A stretch of DNA of 64,000 bases from an uncultured Chloroflexia bacterium (GCA_963844815.1 CAWJPR010000001.1:8096-72095); one strand, 5' to 3'. Counted from the first letter of the stretch, positions 53,901 to 63,968 are shown. Numbers and translations: made by a program. The notes: generated by a model from the sequence alone, not told the origin.

Positions 53901-55151
53901 AAGTCGGCATCGACTACACCTCCGCCGCCACGCAAGGCGCCGGCATCGGCCGCTACACCCGCGAGTTGCTGCGCGCGCTGCTGGCGCTGCCCTCGGATAA
54001 CCGCTATACCTTCTTCTACGCCAGTCCGAAAAGAATGCGGAATGCGGAATTCGCGAATTCGGAATTCCGCATTCCGCATTCGTCATTTGCCGTTCCACGA
54101 CAAGTGGCTGATGCGCGCCTGGCACCGGCTGCGCCTCCCGATCCCCGTCGAGCTGATCGTCGGCAAAGTCGATCTGTTTCATTCGCCCGATTTCACACTG
54201 CCCCCCACCCTGCCCGGCGTGCCGACGCTGCTGACCGTGCACGATCTGTCCTTTATCCGCGATCCCGATTCAGCCTGGCCGAGCCTGCGCGCCTTTCTCA
54301 ATCAGGCCGTGCCGCGCTCGGTGAAGCGCGCCACGCGCGTGCTGGCCGATTCGCAGGCGACGAAGGACGATCTGATCGAGTTGTTGGGAACGCCCGCCGA
54401 GAAGATCACGGTGCTGTACAGCGGCGTCGAGGCCCGCTTCAAACCGGTGCGCGATCAGGCCGAGATCGATCGGGTGTGCGCGAAGTATCAACTGCCCCGG
54501 CCGTTCATTCTGTCCGTCGGCACGCTGCAGCCGCGCAAGAATTACGGGCGGCTGATTGAGGCGTTCGGGCAGTTAGTCGCCGCGCATGCTGAGCGGAACG
54601 CAGTGGAGTCGAAGCACGCGCGGAACGCAGTGGAGTCGAAGGATGCGCAGCAGTCCACTCAATTGCATTCTTCGACTTCGCTTCGCTCCGCTCAGAATGC
54701 GTGGCATTTAGTCATCACCGGCGGCAAAGGCTGGATGGTCGAATCGATCTTCGAGCAGGTCAAGCGATCGGGGCTGGAGGGCCGCGTGCACTTTCCCGGC
54801 TTTGTGGACGACGCCGATCTGCCCGCGCTCTACTCCGCCGCCGAGGTCTTCGCGTATGTGTCGTTGTACGAAGGTTTCGGCCTGCCGCTGCTGGAAGCGA
54901 TGGCGTGCGGCACGCCCGTCATCGGGTCCAATGCGTCGTCGCTGCCGGAAGTGATCGGCGAGGCGGGACTGCAAGTCGATCCGCGCGACGTGGACGACAT
55001 CGCCCGCGCCCTGCAGCAGATGATCGATCAGCCGGAGCTGCGCGAGAGATCGATCGAGTTGGGGCTGGAGCGCGCGAAGTTGTTCACGTGGGACAAGGCC
55101 GCGCGGGAACTGCTGGCGATCTACGAACAGTTGAGACCTCGAAGGTTTTAG
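53897..55151 (+). CDS. GT4-family glycosyltransferase (Glycos_transf_1), interrupted by a 49-bp palindromic insertion (frame change) and a 114-bp in-frame repeat-element insertion
   Basis: The N-terminus MKVGIDYTSAATQGAGIGRYTRELLRAL (frame of 53897) continues after 54081 in the frame of ORF 54042..55151 (...VDLFHSPDF..., EGFGLPLLEAMACGTPVIGSNASSLPEV). Confidence 0.65.
54033..54081. repeat. 49-bp (7 x 7 nt) palindrome GAATGCG GAATGCG GAATTCG CGAATTC GGAATTC CGCATTC CGCATTC inside the glycosyltransferase gene
   Basis: Two 20-nt arms are exact reverse complements around GCGAATTCG. The length is not a multiple of 3, giving a +1 frame change. Confidence 0.7.
54589..54706. repeat. Dispersed palindromic repeat element inserted in frame (38 codons: AERNAVESKHARNAVESKDAQQSTQLHSSTSLRSAQNAW) in the glycosyltransferase
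   Basis: GCGGAACGCAGTGGAGTCGAAG x2 ... CTTCGACTTCGCTTCGCTCCGCTCAGAATGC; same family as 28420-28795 and 41000-41110. Confidence 0.55.
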
Positions 55152-55547
55152 CCTGACAATCAGGCTTGCCGTGGTCGTCGATCAACGCCGCGGGCAGGCT
55201 GTGCTTCCTGAAATGAGAAAACCTCCGAGGTCTTGTCGGTTTTACCTTTTCCCTGCAAGTGTTGTATCATGAGGGCGCACCCTCGCGCGGAGTGCATCCA
55301 TGACCACAACCCTCCCCCCAAGCGTCCCCGGTTTCATCTCGGCTATCTAATCGTCGCAGCGATCCTGGCTTTCATCCTGTTTTTCGGCAGTCTGGCGCTC
55401 TTTCCCGAATGGGGTCAATCGATCGGCATACTGCTTGCGCTGATCAGTCATCATCGCTGCTGCTGTCGTGACGTTTCTGGCCGACTGGCGTACCGCCTTC
55501 GCGCCAAAGTCGCAGGAACAATCGTCAGCACACAGGATGACAGATCA

Positions 55548-57960
55548 CAAATGTCACAACAGGCCGCGCCCGATCCCCTCGCGCAATATTTCCATCAACT
55601 TCCCCCGCCGCCGGGTGACTTCGTGGGGCGCGAGGAGGAACAACGCGACCTGCTGGAGAGCATCGAGCGCGGCGCAGTGATCACGGGCCTGCGCGGCATG
55701 GGCGGCATCGGCAAGACGGCGCTGGCGCTGGTCATCGCCCATCAACTCAAGGCGCGTTATCGCGACGCGCAGTTCTTCCTCGATTTGCGCGGCGCGGGCG
55801 ATAATCCCGTCACGCCGCTCGAGGCGCTGACGCACGTCGTCCGCGCTTTTTACCCCACGTCCAAACTGCCCGACAGTCTTGAAGAAATGCAGAAGTTGTA
55901 TCGATCGGAATTGGACGGCAAACGCGCCTTGGTCTTCTTCGACAATGCCAGAGACGCCCGGCAGGTGATGCCGCTCTTGCCTCCGGCATCCTGCCTCCTG
56001 CTCATCACCTCGCGCGAGCATTTCACGCTGCCGGGCTTGAAGGCCAAGGACTTGAATGTGCTGCCGCCCGATAAGGCGCGCGAGTTGTTGACTGAGCATT
56101 GCAGATCGACTCGACGGCGTCATCCCGAGCCGCGAAGCGGCGAAGCGATCTCCCGGCCGATCACCGAGATTCCTCGCCGCCTGCGGCGGACTCGCAATGA
56201 CGACGATCCCTGGTCGCCGACCTCATCGCGCAGTTGTGCGGCTACCTGCCGCAGGCCCTGCGCGCCAGCGCCAGCCTGCTGGCCGAAACGAGCGATCTCG
56301 ATCCGGTGGAGTACGCGCGGCAGTTAAGCGACGAGCGTAAACGCCTGCAGCGCATCGGCATCGATCCCGCCAGCAGCCTCGATATGGAAGCGTCGCTGAA
56401 CCTCAGTTACAGGACGCTGACGCCTGAGGCGCAGCGCGTGCTGGCCCGCCTGAGCGTCTTCCCGGCGGACTTTAGCGCCGAGGCCGAAGAAGTGATATGC
56501 GAGGACAAGGCCCACGCGCACTTGAGCCGGTTGGTGAAGTTGAGTTTGGTGCAGTTTTCTGACCCCCACCCCAACCCTCCCCCGTCCCGCGAAAAGCAGC
56601 GGTACAGGGGAGGGAGCGACACCACTCCCTTCCCCTGCGTCAGCGGGGGAAGGGTCGGGGATGGGGGTTCAGGGCCGCTACTCCCTCCACGACCTGGTGC
56701 GCCTCTTCGCCCGCGCCCGCCTGACCGACGACGAGCGCACCGCCGCCCAGCGCAGACACGCCGAGCATTACGAAAGCGTGCTGAGCGACAGTCCAAAGAA
56801 CTATACAAGCAAGGCAGTGAATCCATAGCGCAGGGCTTAGCCCTGTTTGACCGCGAATGGGTCAACATTCAAGCCGGGCAGCAGTGGGCACAGCCAAGCC
56901 GATGATGCGCAATGTGCAGTGACTATCCCGACGCAGGCGATATGTACTTGACCTGCGCAGCATCCGCGCGAGATTCGCTGGCTGCAAGACGCGCTCACTG
57001 CAGACGCATCGGCACCTCGGGCTCAAATACTGCCGACCTCGGCGAAGCGCAAGGCGATTGAGTTCTATGAAGAGTCATCGATCGCGAAGGTGAGGCGCGG
57101 CGAAGGCATGCTGGGCAACCTCGGCATCGCCTACGCCGACCTCGGCGAGACGCGCAAGGCGATTGAGTTCTACGAGCAGCATTGGTCATCGCGCGAGATC
57201 GGCGACCGGCGCGGCGAAGGGGCTGCGCTGGGCAACCTCGGCATCGCCTACGCCGACCTCGGCGAGACGCGCAAGGCGATTGAGTTCTACGAGCAGCATT
57301 GGTCATCCGCGCGAGATCGGCGACCGGCGCGGCGAAGGCGATGCGCTGGGCAACCTCGGCCTCGCCTACGCCGAACCTCGGCGAGACGCGCAAGGCGATT
57401 GAGTTCCACGAGCAGGCATTGGTCATCGATCGCGAGATCGGCGACCGGCGCGGCGAAGGCGCGGACCTGGGCAACCTCGGCATCGCCTACGCCGACCTCG
57501 GCGAGACGCGCCAGGCGATTGAGTTCTACGAGCAGGCATTGGTCATCGCGCGCGAGATCGGCGACCGGCGCGGCGAGGCAACGACTTGAGAACATCGGCA
57601 ACGCTCACTACAGTCTCGCCGAATACGCCGGCGATTGAGTATCACGATCAAGCGTTGCCGATTTTCCGCGAGATTGGCGACCGGCGCGGCGAAGGCAATG
57701 CGCTGGGCAACCTCGGCATCGCCTACCCGAACCTCGGCGAGACGCGCAAGGCGATTGAGTTCTACGAGCAGGCATTGATCATCGCCGCGAGATCGGCGAC
57801 CGGCGCGGCGAAGGCAATGCGCTATTCAATATGGCGTTGTCGTTGGATAGCCTGGGCGAGCGCGAAAACGCAATCGCCAATGCCAGAGCGACGTTGAAGA
57901 TTTTCGAGGCGATTGAAGATCCTCACGCGGAAATGGTGCGCCGCAAGTTGGCGGAGTGGA
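55548..57960 (+). pseudogene. STAND NTPase (NB-ARC) with C-terminal TPR array, multiple frameshifts and a GC-rich hairpin insertion (56561..56675)
   Basis: Walker A GLRGMGGIGKTALA, hhhhD ALVFFDNA, and LLITSR lie in frame 55233..56327. The NB-ARC winged-helix part lies in 56234..56905. At least 7 copies of a ~120-nt DNA repeat encoding GNLGIAYADLGETRKAIEFYEQAL.I.REIGDRRGEG are spread over at least 4 frames (57000-57960). Confidence 0.55.
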
Positions 57961-57969
57961 AGGCAGCGT

Positions 57970-58110
57970 GAAGACCTGACAGGTTTTTCAAGGCGATCTG
58001 GCCCTGGGTGTTGCACCGAAAAACCTGTCAGGTCTAGGCGAACTGAAGACCTGACAGGTTTTTCAAGGCGATCTGGCCCTGAGGCTTGCACCGAAAAACC
58101 TGTCAGGTCT
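57970..58110. repeat. Two tandem copies of a 66-nt hairpin element (17-bp stem AGACCTGACAGGTTTTT/AAAAACCTGTCAGGTCT, 28-nt loop)
   Basis: Copies at 57970..58035 and 58045..58110 differ only in the loop (GGGTGTT vs GAGGCTT). Confidence 0.6.
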
Positions 58111-58266
58111 GGTCATCGGCGTTGTTCATCCGTTGCCACGTCTCAGATGCGCTGCTTCGCTGTTGAACATCTAATCCGCTCCCAGCGGTTGATCTTGATT
58201 CCCACGGCTTACCGTTATCTTCAGGCGGCAAAAAGATCGGCGGAATTTAGATCGGACTCCGTTTTG

Positions 58267-58330
58267 GTCTACACCGCCCCGGACTCGAGCCTTGCCCGCC
58301 GCCGCAAAGCGACGGGAACGGGCAAGCCTC
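58267..58330 (+). terminator. Long GC-rich hairpin (22-bp arms CCCCGGACTCGAGCCTTGCCCG / CGGGCAAGCCTCGAGTCCGGGG); no T-tract
   Basis: Visible in sequence; may be a REP-like element rather than a terminator. Confidence 0.35.
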
Positions 58331-58480
58331 GAGTCCGGGGCGTAAATCAATTCGGAAATCGCCCTTGATAGCCATGAAACTGGATGCCCGACGCGAAGCG
58401 TGCACTCGGGCATGACGACCGGACAGTTGCTGCGCGGCGAATGTCTGGGCGTGGGAGCCCAGAGCTGCTCGAGACAGACA

Positions 58481-58543
58481 TATCACTCTTCACTTTTCAC
58501 TCTTCACTCTTACTCATCACTCATCACGCCTCACGCCCCACGA
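58481..58543. repeat. Heptanucleotide-periodic array (TTCACTC/TCACTCA/TCACGCC)
   Basis: atcactc ttcactt ttcactc ttcactc ttactca tcactca tcacgcc tcacgcc; its reverse complement is the GANNAGT family seen at 36404. Confidence 0.65.
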
Positions 58544-58583
58544 AATGTGCTAGAATCAAACTACGCCAACCAAGGAGACTCGC

Positions 58584-60848
58584 ATGGGCAGTAAAATCCT
58601 CAACGTCCCGTACAAGTGCCAGAACGATCCGGATGCAAACTTGAAGCGAACCGACTGCGGCCCGTGCTGCATCGCCATGATCCTGGGCGGCATCGGGCAG
58701 CAGGTCACGACCAATGCCGTCGTGGCCGCGGCCAACCAGCAGGGCGACAACGGCCTGATGCAGACCCAGGTGATCAACGCCGCGCGCGCCTTTGCCCTGG
58801 AAATGGATTGGGGACAGGGCTTCACCCTGGACGATCTGAAGCGCCTGATCGATAACGGCCAGCCGCCGATCGCGCTGGTCAAGTACGCCAATCTGCCGGA
58901 GCGCGTCGATAAAGCCTCCACCGGCGGGCACTACGTCGTGGTGGCCGGATACGACGACGCGACCCAACGCGTCTTCATCAACGATCCCGATTACTTCCCC
59001 GGCACCAACGGCGGCTATCAGAAGGCTTACGGCTATGACACGTGGCTATCCGCGTGGGGCGGCTTTGCCGCCGGCGAGAACCTCAACTTCTGCCTGATCT
59101 ATCCGACGAAGGCCGACCTCATTGGCGGCCCGGCTGCCGGCACGCCGGACGTCGCGCCGCAGCCGCCGGCGCCCGCTGCCGACGTCTACGTCCTCGCTCC
59201 CGCGGGCTTGCTGCTGCGCACGCAGCCGAATGCAGGCGCGAGCGCGCTGGGCGGCATCGTCTTCGGCCAGCATCTCACGGCGCTCGGCGCAGAAAGCGGG
59301 CTCGACGGCACGGGACGCACGTGGCAGCAGGTTCGCTCGAACGCGGGCGTGATCGGGTTTGTCGCAGCCTCACTCGGCCGCGATCGGCTGCTGTCAAACA
59401 CGAAGCCGGCCGATCCCTACGTCGTGCAAGTGATCGATGCCCAGCCGCTGCGCGAGGCAGGCGGCCTGGCCGTGCGCGACGCGCGCCGCCTCGACCTCAA
59501 CCCGATCGATCGCGTGCAGCCCAACGAGCGCCTGACGGTCTTTCAGCGCGTCCTCGAAGCCGATGGCACGCCGTGGCTGTGGGTGCAGTCGCCGCGCAAC
59601 CAATACGGCTGGTCACGCGAGACTTCGCACGATCAGATGCTGGTCAGCCGGCTCACGCCCGATCTCAGCGGCGCCGCCGGCACCGGCGCAACGCCCGAGC
59701 CGCCGCGCAAAGATCCGCCGCCCGCGGCCGCCACACAAGACGTCTTTGTCTCCGCCGCCGACGGCCTGAATCTGCGCAAGGAGCAGAATACCACTTCGCA
59801 AGTTATCGTCATTGTGCCATTCGGGACCAGGCTCACCACGATTGGGCCGACGGTCGGCCCGGATGCCAGGGGGATCGTGTGGCAGCAAGTGCGCACAGCG
59901 CAGAATCAATTGGGCTGGGTGGCAGTGAAAATTGGCAGTGATGCGACTGTGACCGCCAGCGCGCCCACGCCCGTGCAAGTGGCCAATGCGGTCCCGTGGG
60001 GCAAGTGCCTGGCCGGCCTGGGCATGGGTAACCCGCAGCCGCTCACTGCCGGGCAACTGAGACTGATCGCCGATGCGAAACTGGAAGCGTTCAAGACCCT
60101 GACCCTGCCCGACCCTGACGAGAACAGGCAGCTCATCGGGCAATTGAAGAGGATCCGCCCGGACATGTTCATCGTGACGCGGCTGTTCTTCTCGGTCGAC
60201 GCGGGCAGCAGGACCAGATTCAGTCCGCAGAATTTTGTGGACTTCGTGATGAACGGACTGACGGGCTGCTATCAGGCAGGCGTGCGCTACTTTGAAGTGC
60301 ACAACGAGCCGAACCTTGACATCGAGGGGATGAATTGGAACTGGGCCAGCGGCGCAGAGTTCGGCAGCTGGCTGACGCAGGTGATCAACCTTCTGAAGCC
60401 CAGGTTCCCCGAGGCCAAGTGGGGCTATCCGGGCCTCTCGCCGCAGCCGAACGTCGACGCTTTCCTCGACGGATCAGCCGCCGCCGCCAACGCCTGCGAC
60501 TGGATCGGCGCGCACTGTTACTGGCAGCAGCCGGCGCACCAGCCGCCCTTCCCGATAAACGGCGATAACGCCGGCTTCTACTGGCACGCCAAGTTCAAGC
60601 CGCGCTTCCCCGACAAGATGCTGCTGATCACCGAGTTCAGCAACAACAGCGCGGACGTGTCGCCCCATGACAAAGGCGCGCAATACGCCGACTATATCCA
60701 GCTGCTGCGCACCGAGCTCAACCTCGGCGCGGCCTTTGGCTTTGCGCTGAACTGGCCGGGGCAGGATCGCAACAAAGAAGGCTGGGAAGGCAGCGCTATC
60801 CCGGGCACGTTCCTGGCCCGCGCGAGCAGCGTGGGTGCGCTCGTGTAA
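58584..60848 (+). CDS. Multidomain secreted/cell-wall enzyme: peptidase C39-like (Peptidase_C39_2) N-domain + 3 SH3b-like domains + clan GH-A (TIM-barrel) glycoside hydrolase C-domain
   Basis: N-terminus CGPCCIAMIL...GGHYVVVAGYDD...NDPDY (Cys/His dyad). Three repeats of the VYV.APAGLNLR...G..W..V pattern. C-terminus YFEVHNEPN (acid/base) and LLITEFS (nucleophile). RBS aaggag. Confidence 0.7.
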   Translation: MGSKILNVPYKCQNDPDANLKRTDCGPCCIAMILGGIGQQVTTNAVVAAANQQGDNGLMQTQVINAARAFALEMDWGQGFTLDDLKRLIDNGQPPIALVKYANLPERVDKASTGGHYVVVAGYDDATQRVFINDPDYFPGTNGGYQKAYGYDTWLSAWGGFAAGENLNFCLIYPTKADLIGGPAAGTPDVAPQPPAPAADVYVLAPAGLLLRTQPNAGASALGGIVFGQHLTALGAESGLDGTGRTWQQVRSNAGVIGFVAASLGRDRLLSNTKPADPYVVQVIDAQPLREAGGLAVRDARRLDLNPIDRVQPNERLTVFQRVLEADGTPWLWVQSPRNQYGWSRETSHDQMLVSRLTPDLSGAAGTGATPEPPRKDPPPAAATQDVFVSAADGLNLRKEQNTTSQVIVIVPFGTRLTTIGPTVGPDARGIVWQQVRTAQNQLGWVAVKIGSDATVTASAPTPVQVANAVPWGKCLAGLGMGNPQPLTAGQLRLIADAKLEAFKTLTLPDPDENRQLIGQLKRIRPDMFIVTRLFFSVDAGSRTRFSPQNFVDFVMNGLTGCYQAGVRYFEVHNEPNLDIEGMNWNWASGAEFGSWLTQVINLLKPRFPEAKWGYPGLSPQPNVDAFLDGSAAAANACDWIGAHCYWQQPAHQPPFPINGDNAGFYWHAKFKPRFPDKMLLITEFSNNSADVSPHDKGAQYADYIQLLRTELNLGAAFGFALNWPGQDRNKEGWEGSAIPGTFLARASSVGALV

Positions 60849-60964
60849 ACCTCACCCTCAGCTCCTCTCCTGAAACAAGCAAGGTTTCAGGAGAGGCCAT
60901 CTTCGCGCAACCCGTCAGCGATCCGGCGAGCACGCCTGAACTCAGCAGCGAAGCCGGCAGAGGA

Positions 60965-61477
60965 ATGATGAGTCACTATCAACGCACGACCCGCAATTGC
61001 ACGCTTGACGAGCTGCGCCCCGAACTGGCCGAGGCCATTCGCGCCTACGCGACACGGCAGCAGTGGGACAATCTGGAAGCCGAGGTTTTGGCGTGCTGCG
61101 AGACCACGACCGAGCGGACCAGCGCCAACCGGCTGGACGCGTGGTTGAACGGCAGCGCCGCCGCGATCTCGCATGTGGCATTGATCGCCACGCCGCACCG
61201 CCTGATCTGGGCTTACAGCAGCGATCGCGTCCGCGCGGGCGCCGCCTCGGCGCAGTATCATGAGATGCGCCTCAAGATCTTCACGCCCAAGCTCACCGCG
61301 GGCATTGCCGTGGATATTTATGCGCGCATGGATGGGACACGTGAGAAAACGGGGGGACGGTTCATGCTGGACGGCAGCCCTGCCGCGCTGGAATTCTGTG
61401 AAGAATTCCAGCGCGCCACCGCCCCGCTCCGTCTGCCCGCAGAAAAAAAGCCGCGCCGCAGGTGGTTCGGGCGGTAA
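60965..61477 (+). CDS. Hypothetical protein
   Basis: 170-aa ORF; no recognised domain. Confidence 0.35.
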   Translation: MMSHYQRTTRNCTLDELRPELAEAIRAYATRQQWDNLEAEVLACCETTTERTSANRLDAWLNGSAAAISHVALIATPHRLIWAYSSDRVRAGAASAQYHEMRLKIFTPKLTAGIAVDIYARMDGTREKTGGRFMLDGSPAALEFCEEFQRATAPLRLPAEKKPRRRWFGR

Positions 61478-61493
61478 AGAATGGCTGTCCCTG

Positions 61494-62822
61494 TCATCCG
61501 ATCGGAATGACATTCGAATGACGGCGCGGAAACAACACTTCGAAGAGCGCCGCGGCCTCGTCCTGCAGCACGCAGTCGGGGAACATGGCGCGCAGATCGC
61601 CCTGTGAGCGCCGCCCGAACAGCAGTTGCAGGAACGTGTACGGCGGGAACATGGCATGGTCGCTGTCGTCGGGCGTCCACGGCTCCGCGCCGATCACCCC
61701 CTGCTCGATCTTCAACTTGAAGCCGCGCACGTACTCGGTCACCTTGATCTCGCCCGAGAAGCCGTTCAACGCCGACTGCGCCAGCCGGCGCTCCAGCACC
61801 GGCGCGATGCAGTTAAGGAACTTCGGCACATCGGCCACGCGCATATACCACGCGTAGGACGGCGTGATCTTGTGAAAGCATTCAGGCGCGGCCTCGAAGA
61901 CCGGATGCTGCTCACCCAACTCAAAATGCAGCGCAGGCTGTGGCTTCTGCGCCGCAGCCCCCACGGCCTCGGCCTGAACTTTCAGCCAGCGCAGCGCGGC
62001 CGGCAGCACGGCGCGCAGCGATTGTCCCTCGATCACGCTGAACATGCGCACCGGGAACAGGCCGCGCCACGACAGTTCGCGCGAAGTCCGGATCAGGCCC
62101 ACGGAGCGGCCTGCGCTCGTCTCGACGATGTGCAGCGCGTGATGGGCCGCCGACTCGGTTGACGCGTCAAATATCGAGCGCTTCCACTCTGCCGCCGACC
62201 GGGGACAGGCCACCAGCGATCGAGCGCAATCCCGATCGTACAGGTCCATCACCAGCGGCAGATCGTCCGGCGCCGCCACACGGAAGCGATACGCCTCGAC
62301 CTCACCTTCCTTCAGCGGCGCGATCAACGACGGGTACACGCAGCGCCCGCCATCCAGATCGATGGCATACTCGTAGCCAAACTGGCGGTAATACCACGGA
62401 ATGCCGGTGATGCCCTGCGCCAGATGTCCCGCGCCATCGCTCCGGGCGTGCAGCACGTCGAACTGCGCGCGCACCAGCCCGCGCCGCCGATAACCGGGAT
62501 CAGTCCCGACGGCTTCGGGCCGCCCGACTGGGAATGGAATCCCGTCGTACGTCCACGTCTGCGGAATCAGGCACATCGATGAGACGATCTGACCCGTCCG
62601 CGTATCCTCAACCAGCGTCACATTGTCCGGCCCGCACGTCGGATGCGAGGGTGACGCAAACTCACGCGTCCACTGCGCCACAAAGGCATTGAAGCCTTCG
62701 TTGGCGTGGATGCGGCCATTGAACTGCGCCAGCGCTTCGATGTCGTCCACCGTGGCGAAACGCAGCCGCAGATCATCGCCGAGGTTGTAAGCGGTGGTCA
62801 TGTTTTGTTGTTCAAGAATCAT
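61494..62822 (-). CDS. GNAT-family N-acetyltransferase with large C-terminal extension (Eis-like architecture)
   Basis: N-terminal GNAT block ...GTDPGYRRRGLVRAQFDVLHARS...; ~443 aa; RBS ggagaaag. Confidence 0.55.
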   Translation of the reverse strand: MILEQQNMTTAYNLGDDLRLRFATVDDIEALAQFNGRIHANEGFNAFVAQWTREFASPSHPTCGPDNVTLVEDTRTGQIVSSMCLIPQTWTYDGIPFPVGRPEAVGTDPGYRRRGLVRAQFDVLHARSDGAGHLAQGITGIPWYYRQFGYEYAIDLDGGRCVYPSLIAPLKEGEVEAYRFRVAAPDDLPLVMDLYDRDCARSLVACPRSAAEWKRSIFDASTESAAHHALHIVETSAGRSVGLIRTSRELSWRGLFPVRMFSVIEGQSLRAVLPAALRWLKVQAEAVGAAAQKPQPALHFELGEQHPVFEAAPECFHKITPSYAWYMRVADVPKFLNCIAPVLERRLAQSALNGFSGEIKVTEYVRGFKLKIEQGVIGAEPWTPDDSDHAMFPPYTFLQLLFGRRSQGDLRAMFPDCVLQDEAAALFEVLFPRRHSNVIPIG

Positions 62823-63050
62823 GGCTTTCTCCAATAACGAGTAACAGGTAACGTGCCGTTGGCAAGCACCCGTATCTTCGGCTGGAGTCAAGGCTTGCCC
62901 GTACCCGCCGCTTTGCGGCGGCGGGCCGCTGGGCGTAGCCGGAAATGCAGCAGTCGGTCAACCCGGCTAAAGCCTCGATTCCGGAATTTGTCAAAGTCCA
63001 GCAAGTAACGATTAAAACGCGCGGCTGCCCCATTACGCATTACTCGTTAC

Positions 63051-63968
63051 TTATACATACGCACTACGCAACACCTTGGCGTAGCACAGCGTCTCGAACG
63101 CGCGATGCATGCCGGCGCGCACATACAACCGATCGGCCCCGGTATAGCTCGTCGCGTCGACGCCCAGACCCGCGCCGCGCTTGCCGCGCCGAGCCATGCC
63201 GCCGAAGGCCGCGTGCAGCAAGGCCAGCGCAATGCCGCGCTTGCGCCAGGGCCGGCGCACGGCCAGATAGCGCACCGTCGATCGATCCGGCTCGCCCGCG
63301 CGATCCCAGCGGCACAGCGCATACCCGACGATGGTTTCGCCTTCGACAGCCAGGAACCACGCCTCGGGATCAAAGTCCTCTTCCACTTCGATGAAATAGT
63401 AGCGCCATTTGTCGAACGGCATCCCTTCGTGGCCCCATTCGTCGGCCTGCGCTTCCTCGAAGGCTTCATACACGGCGCGATCCTCCTGGCCCAGTTGAAA
63501 GGATCGGATCGTGATGCCTGCCGGCAATCGCGGTTCGGGGGGAGGTCCATCGAACTCGATCGCCATGCGATAGAAGACACGCTCGCGCGCATAGCCGAAT
63601 CGCTCCAGGCGCTGTTGGGCCGCCCGGTTTTGCGCATAAACGTAGATATGCTCGATCGACGCCGGTACGCCCGCCGGAGCACGCTCCAGCGCCTGCCGGG
63701 CGCGCTGATCGATCCACTGCAGCAAGGCATCACCCGCTCCGGTTTCGACATAGGCCGGATGCATCCATGAATCCGCATCATACGGCGTGGGCGGCATCTC
63801 TTCTATGAATTGCGCGAAGCCCGCCGCCCGCCCGTCAGGCGCAAAGATCAACAGCGTGTCCGTCGCCAGATTCAGATCGCCGCCTTCCCAGTAACGCCTC
63901 ACGGAAAACGGCGTAGTGTCGCTCTTGCCCACATCGGCCTGCGTGACCGCGTTCATCACATCCACCAC
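63051..63968 (-). CDS. Tandem-GNAT N-acetyltransferase (MshD-like two-domain architecture)
   Basis: Two acetyl-CoA binding blocks (RRYWEGGD.., ...VRRPWRKRGIALALLHAAF). Confidence 0.6.
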   Translation of the reverse strand: MVDVMNAVTQADVGKSDTTPFSVRRYWEGGDLNLATDTLLIFAPDGRAAGFAQFIEEMPPTPYDADSWMHPAYVETGAGDALLQWIDQRARQALERAPAGVPASIEHIYVYAQNRAAQQRLERFGYARERVFYRMAIEFDGPPPEPRLPAGITIRSFQLGQEDRAVYEAFEEAQADEWGHEGMPFDKWRYYFIEVEEDFDPEAWFLAVEGETIVGYALCRWDRAGEPDRSTVRYLAVRRPWRKRGIALALLHAAFGGMARRGKRGAGLGVDATSYTGADRLYVRAGMHRAFETLCYAKVLRSAYV

